Origin: Vitrella brassicaformis CCMP3155
Lineage: Eukaryota; Protista; Chromerida
Length of the DNA: 64,000 nucleotides
NCBI GenBank assembly: GCA_001179505.1
Contig: CDMY01000456.1
Coordinates: forward strand, 1-64,000
Reading direction: 5' to 3'
A program made the translations under genes and the position numbers. This document shows positions 50,401-62,830 of this stretch, piece after piece (within the stretch, counting starts at the first letter, position 1; every line of letters begins with the position of its first letter). A model generated the notes under the pieces. That model was given only the letters and a program-made list of their open reading frames with translations. It ran no database searches and was not told where the DNA came from.

Positions 50401-51256
50401 GTGAGCGAGGGAGGGAGTGGTCGAGTCGGCAGATACACACTTGCAGTGCACCCGCCTGCCTTCCTAGGGTTACTTTGGCAACGCTGATTGGGAGAACAAA
50501 GCCGACTGGCTTGCCGTGTCCATCGAGGAGGCCACATCCACCATGGCGTACAATGACGACACAGGCAAGGAAGGCAAAGCAAGGGGAACAGGACAAAGGA
50601 AGCAGCAGCTGGGTGGGGTGGACATCCCTGTGTCTCCATCCATCCCAGGTGTGTGTGACGGCTCCGTGACGATTCTTGAGCTGGACTTCCTCTATGCGGC
50701 ATTTGGTGAGTTCGCTGCCCCCCAATTCCGCATTGTCGCCGCCAAAGCCACACAGAGAACAGGGTACAAACAAAGCCGGCCGCGGGAACCAACGCGGGCG
50801 CCAGTGTTTTGTGTGTGCGTGTCTCTTTGTGGGTGCAGGAGGCTCCGTTATGAGTCTGCGTACGACCCCTCCCTCAAGCAGTCGTTTGTCCTCTCTGTCA
50901 TCGTCACATTTGCAAGGGTGCGTGCACCGGCGGCCATATCATGTGCTGGCTGATCATTTGGTCACATGTCTGACAGGTGCCTGACAAGGAGCTCAAAAGG
51001 TCCGTCCCGCCCCGCCCGCCCCTGCTGCCAAGCCTCCCAGACGTGAGACAACGCACATAGACACATACATACATACGAGCAGCACATCCGCCCACCCCCT
51101 CTGCTGCTGTCTTGGGTCGTGCGTGTGCGCCAGGATGTGTTCTACCCCTTCGGCGTCAGTGGTGCGCTAGGCATGGATGGATATGGGATGAGAACAATGA
51201 GACTGTGGATCTGTGCGTGCATTGTCTTCGTCGCTGCGTGGACAATGGACTTTTGA
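47479..51256 (+). CDS. TCTN: Tectonic family (DUF1619) ciliary transition-zone protein
   Basis: Signal peptide, the signature CSCDLSPSLCDANCCCDPDC, and C-terminal DVFYPF followed by a hydrophobic tail. Confidence 0.85.
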
Positions 51257-51687
51257 ACGTAACATGCGCACACTCGTCGAGACTTGGGGGGGGGGNNNNN
51301 NNNNNNNNNNNNNNNNNNNNNNNNNNNNNNNNNNNNNNNNNNNNNNNNNNNNNNNNNNNNNNNNNNNNNNNNNNNNNNNNNNNNNNNNNNNNNNNNNNNN
51401 NNNNNNNNNNNNNNNNNNNNNNNNNNNNNNNNNNNNNNNNNNNNNNNNNNNNNNNNNNNNNNNNNNNNNNNNNNNNNNNNNNNNNNNNNNNNNNNNNNNN
51501 NNNNNNNNNNNNNNNNNNNNNNNNNNNNNNNNNNNNNNNNNNNNNNNNNNNNNNNNNNNNNNNNNNNNNNNNNNNNNNNNNNNNNNNNNNNNNNNGAGCT
51601 GGGAAAGGGCGTCTTCAAAGTTAGTTCGTTGCCTTTTGCTCTTCGCCTCTTGAGAGTTTCAGCGTCGTTCTTGACTGTTGTTGGAGA

Positions 51688-52026
51688 ATGGCAGCAGCGG
51701 CAGAGAGCGGCGCCGCCCCCGGCGGCCCGGACGCGCCCCGGCAGCGTCAGCGGGAGATAGAGTTCATCGAGTTCGAAACGAGAATGAGGCACCTAATTGT
51801 AGAGGTCAGGGCACTGCAGGGGCAGCGTGGACACCTTGGAAGATGCCTACATTGTGCTTTGTGCACCGTTCGCTGCTCAGCTGATAGAGCCGACCATCCA
51901 CCGTGTGACGCAGACGGAGTTGAGCCTCAAGAGTCTGCGGGAAATGAACGAGAGAATTCAGAAAGGTCAGCAAAAGCAGAGTCCGAACACCTGCGGGCCT
52001 TCTTGCAAATCCTTCCCAAGCCCCCG

Positions 52027-52057
<31 letters not shown>

Positions 52058-54885
52058 TGTGTGTAGACATGCACGACGCCCAGTTGCTGTCGGTCAAGGC
52101 CGACCAGCAGGTGTCCATGGTGGAGCACTTCAGAGAAGAACTCTCCAAATGGGACGTACAGAGACGCAACCACGTGAGCAAGACAGCCAGATGTAGGGTA
52201 GGGCCCACCCTGACTGACGTGAATTGTGTTGGTTGGCCCACCCTGACTGACGTGCAGGAGTCTAAGCTGACGGAGGAGCTGAGCGTGATGAAGCATGACC
52301 TGGACGGCTTCAGATACAACCTGGAGAGAAAAGACACCACCATACAGGGTACGGTACATAGCGCATACGCACTGTGGCTGTCTGGCTGAGGACGACGCCC
52401 TTCCCCTCTCTGGTGTGTCAGGTCTTCAGCGTGCGGTGGAGCGCGCCACCCAGGAAGTCAACCGCCTGATGGACGGCCAAGACCAACTTAGGTATGTATC
52501 CACAGCCAAAGGCCACTTACTGACTGCCCAAGGCCACCCCTTTCTCTCCCTGTGTGTCTGTGCTGTGGTTGCAGGCAGTACTCGGATGAGCGCATCGACC
52601 TCCAATCCAAGCAGCTCAGCGACTTCAGAACCGAGACAGAGGTATGTGGCTGACACACCAACAGCAAGTCCATCATGAGTACACAGAACTGTCCGTGTCC
52701 GTGTCCGTGTCTGTGTGTGTGTGTGTGTGTGCAGGTGAAGCTTGTGGCGGTGGAGACCAAACACAACGCCCTGGCGGACGAGCTCTGGGGAGAAGAAACA
52801 GGACTAGCAAAGGTCACTCAGCAACCCTCCCGCCCTCCATCTCCATCTCCATCTCCATGTCTCCCTTACTCCCTCCTGTGCAGGTGACTGGTGAGCTGAA
52901 CAAGTCCAACCAGATCGTGAGTGCGCTCAACGAGGAGGTCAAGCGCATCGCCCGCTCCAAGGCGTCCACCGCCGACTTCGAGAAGCTGCAGAGCGAGGTC
53001 AAGGACTCCATCGAGGAGTCAGCCAGCGCCGTGGCCACACTCAAAACATCCGTCAACTCGGCCGTGCAGGTCAAGTGGTGCAGAGACAGAAGAGATGTGA
53101 CATTGTGTGTGTGGTGTGTTGTGTGTATATCAGGAGGTGAAGGAGCATTTCCGCACGGCATCCAACACCATCGCCGCACACAACGCAACCATGATGCAGG
53201 GTGCGGGGCGGTGCAGTGCGCACAGGCGCACAACTACAACTACGCAGATAGACCGATATGGACACAACACAACACAACACACCCCTGGGGCTGTGTGGTT
53301 CTTATGTTTGTCAGAGGTGCGCGCGGCCTACACGGACGAGCTGACTCATGCGGCCAAGCTGCGCAACGACGTGCAGAACTTCATGCACGACACCCAGGGG
53401 GCCATGCAGAGCCTCGAAAAGACAGTCGACGGCATTCGCTCACAGACTGAGGCGATGGTCAAGGTGATGGACTGACTGCAGCAGAAAGAGACAGACAGAC
53501 AGACAGCCACACAAACATGTGTGTTGTGTGCAGGAGGTGCGGCTGGACGTGGAGGAGCTCAACAAGAAGCGCAAAAGGGACAAGGCAAACAGCGGTAGGG
53601 AGGTCGGTCGATCAGGTGGTGACATGGCACCAATATATATGTGGTGTGGTGTGGTCATTCCCTCGGTAGAGATCGAGTTGCGTCAGCTCAAGAAGCGCAT
53701 CGGCGGTGTGTACGATAACAGCGATGCCGTCCTCAAGGGCATCGAGCACATCGCCGGCGTAATGGCCATCGTCCTCGAATCAAACAAGGTCACACACACA
53801 CACATACACACAGACACAATGGCTGTGTGTGCGAGTGGGTGCATAGGCGCGCTTATGCCTCTCTGTGTCTGTCAGGTTGCGTGTGCGGTGTCCCTGCAAG
53901 ACGACGACGACCGACGGAAGGTGGCCTTGATGGGGTACAAGGAGGCGGGGCAAGGCGGGCCTTCAGCACAACAACCCGGCGCAGCACCCATAGCTCGCAA
54001 GGGCACACAGGCCGCACCAACCGTCATCTCCGTCAGTACATCGCCCTGGCAATGCCTCCACCTTTCATTGTGGTGTGGCGTGTGTCTCCCTTCCTCCCTC
54101 CCTCCCTCACTGATCAGGTTGACAATCGGTGTCTGTCGTGCAGCGGTCAGTCTGCCACCGTGCTGGCGGGGTTCAAGATGGCGTGTCTCCAGTACCACCC
54201 AGGCCCTGTGCCCTACAGCGGAAAAGTAGAGACAGACAGACAGACCACCCAGGTAGACACCACACATATGGGTGACCGACTGACTTTCAGCATTACTCTC
54301 GAGGAGAGCTCCTTGCCATCCGCAGCCAGTTGATTGAACAAGTAAGAAACCACACAGCGTGCCAGGCCTCACACACAACATGTATATATTGGGACGGGAT
54401 GCGCTGCAGGCGTCTGAGGCTCTGCATCTGGGCCCCGAGGGCCGTGGTGGCGGGCCGAGCGGCGGCATGATATTCGGCAGTGTCGCGGCTGAGGGACGAA
54501 CGGCGCCAGGCTCGGCCTCATCCGTCCAGCGGGAGCTCCTACACGCAAGCCGGTCGGTATACAAACACACACACACAGATTCCAGATCAAGACAGCAGAG
54601 ACGTGGATTCGTGCGTCACCGCTGCCTGTGTCTCGTGTGTGTCCCCCGTCCAGCAGCCTTGCTCAATACTCCCCCGGCAGCATGGGCTTCAACCTCGGTG
54701 GCGGGTCAGGCACCAGGTCCTCTGTGCACTCGAGCGCGACGTCGGGGAGCGGCGGGAGAGGGAGGGTGCCCACACCCCTCGGGCAGACTGCTGGTATGGG
54801 TGTGGGTGTGGGTGGGCTGCCCAACCTGCAGTCGGCTAGTGGTGGCAAAAGGACCACCATCGGCCCAGCCATGACGGCCAGATAG
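51688..54885 (+). CDS. Long coiled-coil hypothetical protein with a C-terminal VDNRCLSC...FKMACLQY motif
   Basis: About 16 small in-frame exons with heptad patterns and a conserved-looking Cys motif near 54120-54220. Confidence 0.7.
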
Positions 54886-55488
54886 ATGAGTAGACATATC
54901 TCTCCCTTCTCCAAACAGGAGAAGAGAGACCACACCCGTGGTGCATGCCATGCCATGCCATGGCAGGGCATGATTGTATGGGAATGCGTATGCGTATGCG
55001 TAGTGGACCCTATGTGCTCAACATGTTGTGGTTGTACTTTTGCCTTTCGTCGGATAGGGTATGCCCTCACATGAGTCACACGTTCGTTCATTGAGTAGTT
55101 AACTACATCCATCCGTCACACGCACCGCACACATGGAGAGGGAGGTGTCCATGCCATTCCATGCCCGTAGGGGCAGGCAGGTAGGCACATCACGGGGCGA
55201 TTCAAACCGTCCTTAACACTTGCTCATGAGTTGTGGCCTCATGTCTTGTGGCCGCCTGACTTAGCCATTCCCTGATGCCGTTTATCGATGACCAGTTCCA
55301 ACCAGTCACCAACAAACAGCACAAGAGAATCTGCCAAGCAGGCGACCATCAAGCGGCGTGAGACGCACACTGAGAGTTAGCTCAACACACTTGGGCAAGC
55401 AAGGCAAAACGAGCACCTCACTCGCCACCACCCCGGCCAATCCAACCCACCCCACAAGTACACGACACGCCGCACCCGCCCGCACCCG

Positions 55489-55993
55489 TCACTTGTGGGC
55501 GGCAGCGGCAGCCTCAGCGGCCGCCTTCTTCTTCCTGATGTTCCACGCCTTCTCCATCTCCTCCCGCTTCTTCTTGCCGCGGCGGTGTGTGCCAAGGCGC
55601 TTCTTGGAGAACTTGAGGGCGCGCTTCAGCGAGGCAGCCGTGCCGACCTTGATGAGCTCGATGATGCGCTTCTCGTAGGGGGCGAAGCCGGCCACTTCGC
55701 GGATGACCTCGCGGGCGATCTTGACGCGGTTGTCGGTCTTCTCCTCCCCACCCTTGCCCTTCCTCCGCTGGGAAGGCTTGGGCGGCAACTCACGCTTCGT
55801 CACGATGTAGCCACGGTCCTTCTTCCGACCGGCTGATGTGATGGCATACACACACGCACACACCGACGCACAAGCACAGAACAGCCAGCAGTAAGGGAGG
55901 GAAAGGTGTGTGCGGCAGAGATCTACTCTCCTCTTTCTGTTTTTGCGCTTATCGTCGTGTTCACTGACCTGCTATGCCCGTGTTTGTCGACAT
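55489..55993 (-). CDS. RPL36: 60S ribosomal protein L36 (eL36)
   Basis: Exon 1 (55993-55969) MSTNTGIA plus exon 2 with [20 protein letters not shown]...[24 protein letters not shown]. Confidence 0.95.
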
Positions 55994-56019
55994 CGTTCCG
56001 ACACAAGCGTTTTTCCAGT

Positions 56020-56055
56020 TGCGAGCTTGTCAGCGAATTGCGAGCTAAGCTCGCA
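56020..56055. promoter_or_regulatory. Cluster of three TGCGAGCT/AGCTCGCA motifs in the RPL36 / S1-IF2 bidirectional promoter
   Basis: Exact matches at 56020, 56039 and 56048. The same 8-mer occurs in other divergent promoters at 17557, 29223, 36101, 39609 and 47378. Confidence 0.55.
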
Positions 56056-56197
56056 GATGGGGTGGCGGGAAAAGAAGAAGACAGAGGAAATCAACGCTTC
56101 ATTCAAGTGCCGAAGAGCCACTCATCCAAGATCTTCGGCCGCTGATTTTTGCGAGTGCAGCATTAGCTAATCTATTGCGGTGTCCGTCCGTCTATCT

Positions 56198-59100
56198 ATG
56201 TGGCTGTTCATTGCGTGCTGCCTGGCCCATTTTTGTTGCCTCTGGCAGCATGCTTTTGCCATCTCTCCATCATGGCGATCTGGCAGGCGAGCCGAGGCAA
56301 GGAGGAGATCCCAGTCAACCCTCCTGCAGCCGGCCTTCTTGCTGCAGCTGCCCAGTAGCCATGGACCGCTGCAGCTGCACATGCTGCAAAGAGGGAGGAT
56401 GCGACCTGCCGTCCATGAGAGGGCGCTGTTGGCTTTTGAGAGGCGTCGGCTGGGGAGGCCGGCTGGTTTTGGTGGCGATGATCGTTCTTCTCTTCTGCGG
56501 CTCGGGGCTGCGGGCGCGACTGCAGAGAAGCAGAGTGTCAAAATGGGAGAGGTGAGTGAGGAGGTGGCAAGACATGCACACCACACATGCATACACACAC
56601 CAGCTGCCTCACTGCGGAGGGGTGTGTGTGTGTGCAGGTGTACGAGGGTTCCATCCAGGGCGTCTTCTCCACGTATGCCTTTGTGAGGTTACCTGACGGC
56701 CGGGAGGGGTGGCTCCCGGCGACGGAGGTCAGAGCGGAAGAGAGTGACATGATCGACCTCACATCCGTGCTGCACGACGGCATGAAGCTCCCCGTCTATG
56801 TCATGGGGGAAGACGACTCCTCAGGCAGGTGGCGGGTCTCACTCAGACGGGCGGCCGACCAGCTCAGAAAGAAAGAAGAACAAGACGACGAGAGCGACGG
56901 CACCGACACCCCGGCCTTCGCGACCTCCTCTGTCGCCCCCCCACGTCAATCGTCGTCTGCGAATGTCAATGGCAGCCCCGCCCCGACTGTGTCTGGCGGT
57001 CCCTCCGCCTCTGGTGCGCGCGGCAGGTGGTCGGCGGCGTCGGCAGCAGCGATGACGCCCGAGTCTGTTGGTCTGGCGAGTGAAGTGGACGCCACTGTAG
57101 CCAGTGTTTTCCCCAGACATACCCTGCTCAAATTCGACCAAGCGTAAGGGAGGGAGGGCCGGGTGGGGTAGTCAGGGAATGGATGGATGGATGGTGTGTC
57201 TTGTGGCTTGCTGTGTCCGCGCTATGATAGGCCTGATGTGGTGGGTTTTCTGCCTGCGGTTGACTTTACGGCGCAATACGTCAAGGACATGAGAGACGTG
57301 GGTGTTGGTTGACACCGTCACAGGGGCATGATTTGACAGAGGACAAGACACATCCACACACATCTCGTGTGTGTTTGGTGCTGTCTGTCATGTCAGCATC
57401 TGAAGGAGGGGAAGCCCCTGCGCGTGGCTGTGATCAATGTCGGCTACTACAACGGCAAACTACAGGCCAAATGCTCAACGAAGTGAGTGAGCCTAAAGCC
57501 CCGTCCCGCCCCACCACACGAGACCACACCACACAACAGACGACTCCCTCTTTCCTCACTGACTCATCCATCCATCCATCCATGCATCGATTTGTCAGGC
57601 TTCTGGACCTTAACAGAAACGGCGAGGTGCAGTCCAGCCCCCCCACTCCCAGAAGAGCGTCTCTGCTCCCGGTTGTGTCTGAGGGACCCTCACGCCCCTC
57701 AGTGCTGCCCACCGTCTCTGACGGCCCGCCACCACGCCCATCACCACAGCCTTCATCGGCTGCAGCGTCATCCCCACCACGAACAGGCCCAGTGGTGAGC
57801 AGCGGCCCGTCGAGGGAGACGAGGCTGCCACAACGCGCACCGCCATCTGGGCCGTCAGAGGCGTCGGCAGCGGATGTGGAGGCCGGCAAGGTGTATGTGG
57901 GAGAGGTCAAGTCGCACCCGATGCCTCAGCTGGCGCTCATTACGCTAGAGAACGGGGCTTTTGTTTCTCTACACGCATCGGAGGTCAGTCAGTTGTCAGT
58001 GCCGCCTCTTTCTCTACTGTGATGGATGGATGGATTGATGAATGGATGGATCCGGATGTGCACATCAATCAGGTGGGGTATCGGTACGTGAGTGACATCG
58101 CCGCTGAGCTGCCTGTGGGCGAGAAGGTGCTGCTCGTGCTCAGAGAGATAGTCGAGGTCAGCGAACACATAAGACCCCACACAGTGACATGACACTGACA
58201 CGGCTGCTCTCAACTTTCGATGCATGTATGTATGCGTGTGTTGCGACCGTTTCCAGGATCGTCGCGGGCGGCCTCAGATCCGGATGACCATGAAGAGAAA
58301 CGAAGACGCCCCCATGCCACACAGAGGAGACGTACGTCAACCACAGCCAAGCAGACAAGCCCTACCTTCTTCTGTGTGGCTTTGGTTTGTGATCTTGTCC
58401 ATTCAGGAGTTTGAGGGCCGTGTGTCGCGCACAGCCAAGGACTACGTCTTTGTCAAGATGCCCAACGGCATGGTAATACTAGACCAGTCACGCTGACCAC
58501 GCAAAGCGCTGCCTCCATCCATTGGATATTGTGTGTGTGTGTGTGTGTGTGTGCAGGATGGTCTCCTTCACCGCCGTAACGTCCCGGTCTTGCGTAACAA
58601 GAGGGAACCAATGGTACGCCGTAGTACAGCCACTTGGCTGTCGAGTCGATGCTTTTCCAATGTGTGTGAGTGTGTGCGTCTTGTGCTGCCTGGCCTGCAG
58701 AGCGTGTTCTTTGACGTGTGTGACCCCGTCAAAGTCAAAGTCACCGAAGTCGAGCAAAACACCGTGAGCGAGATCCCCTCCCTCCCACTGGCACACCACT
58801 TGCGCACCATTCGCACCGCACACCCACCATATCCTCTCTCGTGTCATGCCTCCACCAGGGTCGTGGGCCGCCCTTGAAGGTTTCTCTCGAGCTGCTCGAC
58901 ATGCTTGGCGAAGAGGACATGGAGAAAGCCGAAGAGAGAGAGGGCGGGGGAGCCGAGGGCATGACAGCGGACGAGACAGAGGAGGGCGAGATCGACTTGG
59001 CTGATGTGGGTGATGATGTGGGGGCTGATGTGGACCCGTGGGCTGAGCAGGCGGCCGTGACGGACATGGGAGTGGGTATGGGGGCGGCCACTGCAGTGGG

Positions 59101-62100
59101 GCTGGGGAAGAAGAAGGCCCTCAAGAAGACGGTGAGTTAGTTAGTCGGTCGGGCAAGAGAGCTGAGCTGGGCTGTGTGCGGATGTGATGTACCTCTGTGT
59201 CTGTCTGTGTACCTTTGTCCGTCAGGACGCCAAGAGGAACGACGACGCGAAATACAAGAAGAAGCCGAAAAGGAGACTGGTACTGCATTCAGCCATGCGA
59301 CGGATACATACACATGCATCCTCTAATCTCCGTGTGATGTCTGTCGATGTCCGATTATCTGTCTGTCTGTCTGCAGAAGGACGACTACAGCAGCCACGAC
59401 GACCTCGCCAACTTTGAGAACGAAGACGAGGAAGCCGAAATGGTCCGCAAAATGGAACGAATCGCCGAAAAGAAACTCAAAAAGTAAGCTGCCCCTCCCC
59501 CTCCCCCTCCCCGTCCCCCACTCGCTCTCTCACCACACACATGATGATGATGATGATGTTGTCTGTCTGCAGGATGCGCAAGGAGCGAGAAGAGCGAATG
59601 CCCGAAGGCCAGAAGCCGGTGGTCATCCCTCTGGGTCAGGTGCTGACGGTCGGACAGGTGGCCGACAAGCTCGACGTGGGGTCGGCGGCGGTGGTCAAGC
59701 ACCTGATGCTGCAGGAGGGCGTCATGGCCAACGCCATGGCACCGCTGCAAAGGGATATGGCCGTCAAGGTCGTTGAGGCCTTCGGGCGGGAGGTGGCTGA
59801 GACGGATGAGGTCGAGGACGACGAGGCGCAGCTCTATGACGAAGAAGAGGCCAGGGTGAGACCGACCGATACACATGGGGGGCGGGCGGACGGTTCCAAT
59901 CTGTCTGTGTGTGTGTGTGTGTGTGTGCAGTTACTAGAGGAGCTGCAGCAGAAGGAGGACGACCCCGCCTCCCTCAAGCCCCGCCCGCCCATCATCACCA
60001 TCATGGGCCACGTCGACCACGGCAAGACCTCTCTCCTCGACGCCATCCGATCCACCACAGTGGCAGCCAAGGAGGCCGGCGGCATCACCCAGCACATCGG
60101 CGCCTACACCGTCAAGGGCCCCTCGGGCGACAGCCTCACCTTCATCGACACCCCCGGGCACGCTGCCTTCTCGCAGATGCGCAGCAGGGGCGCCAATGTG
60201 ACGGATGTGGTGGTGCTGGTGGTGGCGGCTGACGACTCGGTCATGGAGCAGACGAGGGAGTCGATACGCATGTGCCGGGCGGCGGGGGTGCCGGTTGTTG
60301 TCGCCATCACCAAGATCGACAAGCCAGAGGCGAACCCTGATTCGGTCATCGGCGACCTGGCCAGCGAAGAGATCGTTGTCGAGGATCTCGGGGGCGATAT
60401 TCAATGCGCCAGGTCGGTAGGGTACACACATACACTCACTGTGCCCTGCCCTGTTCGTTCACCTGACTGGTGCGTGGTCTCTGTGTGTCGTCAGGGTGTC
60501 GGCAATGACGAAGGATGGCCTTGACGACTTGCTTGAGAAGCTGGCCTTCTCTGCAGAGATCATGGACCTCAAAGCCAACCCCGATCGGCCAGCCTCGGGC
60601 ACCGTCCTGGAAGCCTCCGTCGAGCAGGGCCTCGGCGTTGTCGCAACTACACTCATACAACGAGGCACACTCAGGTATCCTTGACGCCCCCCCACACCCA
60701 CACCCTCACCGCCATACACCCTTTTTTCGAGCTCCTTTTGTCAGGGTGGGCGACATCGTTGTTGCTGGCGGTGCGTACGGCAAGATCCGCGCCCTTCGGG
60801 ACTGGCAGGGTCGGCCGATCAAGGAGGCGGGCCCGTCGGAGCCGGTGCAGGTGGTTGGCATCAACAGGGAGGTCCTGCCCTCTGCCGGCGACCCATTGGA
60901 GGTGGTCGACACGGAGTTCCAGGCCAAGGCGCTCGCAGAGGTGCGGCGGAAGATCACCTCGACGGCAGAGGGGGCCGGCAGGTTCGGCAGCCTGCTCTCG
61001 GAAACCGTTGCCACCATTGCTGGGGTGAGTGAGCCAGGAGGGAGAGGAGGGTCTGTCTGTATTCTTTGTGAGGTGTGCATGTGCATGGTGTGTGTCGCGT
61101 GGACGGATGGATGGCTGATGGATGGGATGCAGGAGAATGGCGATTCCAAGGAGCTGACGGTTGTGGTCAAGGCGGACGTGCAGGGGTCGGCAGAGGCCGT
61201 GTCCAACTGGTGAGTGGAGTGGATGTGAGTGGATGGAGGACGGGCAATGCACACACAGCACAGGACAGGACAGATCCTTCTTCCATCCATCTGAGAATTG
61301 GATGTGTGTGGCTGTGCTGGTCGGTTCGGTTCATTCATTCAGTGTGGGTGGTCTGTTCAAGGAGGACCCCACTGGCAAGGCGACCGTCAAGGTCGTCCTG
61401 GCTGAGGCGGGACCAGTCACCAAAGTAGGCAGGGAGAGATGCATGGAATGGACGCCAGCCAACACAGCACAGCACAGCACACAACAGACGCACTCGGGGT
61501 GTGTTGTGCGTATGGGGTGGTGGCTGGCTGTTATGTGTGCGCAGACTGACGTGGTGACGGCGTCTGTGGGGAGGGGTCTGATCATCGCCTTCAATGTCGG
61601 CATCAATGATGACGCTAAGGTCAGTCAGTCACCGAACGCACACATGCGCCTGCCCAGACCGACATCATTGTCTCTCCCTCTCTCTCTCTCTCTATGTGCG
61701 TCTGTGTGCAGAGGGCAGCTGCTGACCTCGGCCTTCCCCTCTTCCACTGTCGAATAGTCTACGAAGGTGACCATCAATCACATCACACAAATCCATGCAC
61801 CAACAGAGAGAGATTTTTCCATTTCCATGTATGGCTGGCCCTTCTCTTGTGCAGCGATCAAGGAGGTAGAGAGCAGGTTAGAGCGGATCCTGAGCCCCAC
61901 TCCCGAAGGCGAGTATGCGGGCGCCGCAGAGGTCAAGCAGGTGTTCGTCGTCGGCAAGAAGGGCAAGGTCGCCGGCTGCATCGTGACTGACGGCGTCATG
62001 AAGAAGGGCGCTAACGTCAGGATACTCAGGCCGAAACCGGGCGCAGGCAGCGAGATCGTATACATGGTCAGCCCAGCCCACACGAGAGAGAGAGAGAGAG

Positions 62101-62320
62101 CGGCGCGAAAGAAATCCAATGGCCGCATTTGCGTGTCCTTTGCGTGTGTGTGTGTGTGCAGGGTCGGTTGCGGTCTCTGCGTCACATTAAGGAGGAGGTT
62201 GGCGAGATGGAGTCAGGCCGCGAGTGCGGCATGGCCTTCGACGACTTCGAAGACATGCAGTCAGGAGACATCATTGAGTGCTATGTCGACTCCAAGTCGG
62301 CAATAAGACAGCTGACGTGA
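56198..62320 (+). CDS. infB: Plastid-targeted fusion protein: four S1 domains plus bacterial-type translation initiation factor IF2
   Basis: Bipartite leader, four S1 folds, IF2_N ([10 protein letters not shown]...), G-domain [24 protein letters not shown] and C-terminal ECGM...GDIIECY. All junctions from ATG to IF2_N were checked by hand as GT-AG, phase-compatible and stop-free. Confidence 0.88.
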
Positions 62321-62830
62321 TGACTGACGTGTGTGAGGGTGTCAATGTGGCTATGTTGTGTTCGTATGTGTCTGTGTGAGGACCCCCGCGCTCGTGTGTC
62401 ATCAGATGAGCTTGTGAGTTGCCACACAGCTTTATGTACGTGTGTGTCACTTGACAACGGCCTAAGGTTTGGCAGTCGAATCGATCGGCTGTGTCCTCTC
62501 ACTCCGTTCGGTCAATGCCATCCCATCCACCATGCACAATCAGTCCACCGCTTCCACGCCTGGCTGGAGAAGGAGGTCCAGCACTCTGCGTACCACACCA
62601 GTCATGGTACACACACACCAAATCCACCTAATACACAGCGGAAAACGGACTAGAAAAAGCCACCGGGTCCCAGAAAAAACGGGCCACGTGAGCAAAATAT
62701 GGTACATGTCGCACACAGTGAAGAGAGAAGGCGGCCAATACACACACACACACCCACACACACCCACACACACACACACATGCACCACAGAACCAACTAC
62801 GGAACAAGTCGCTCATCCACCAGCGTCCCC

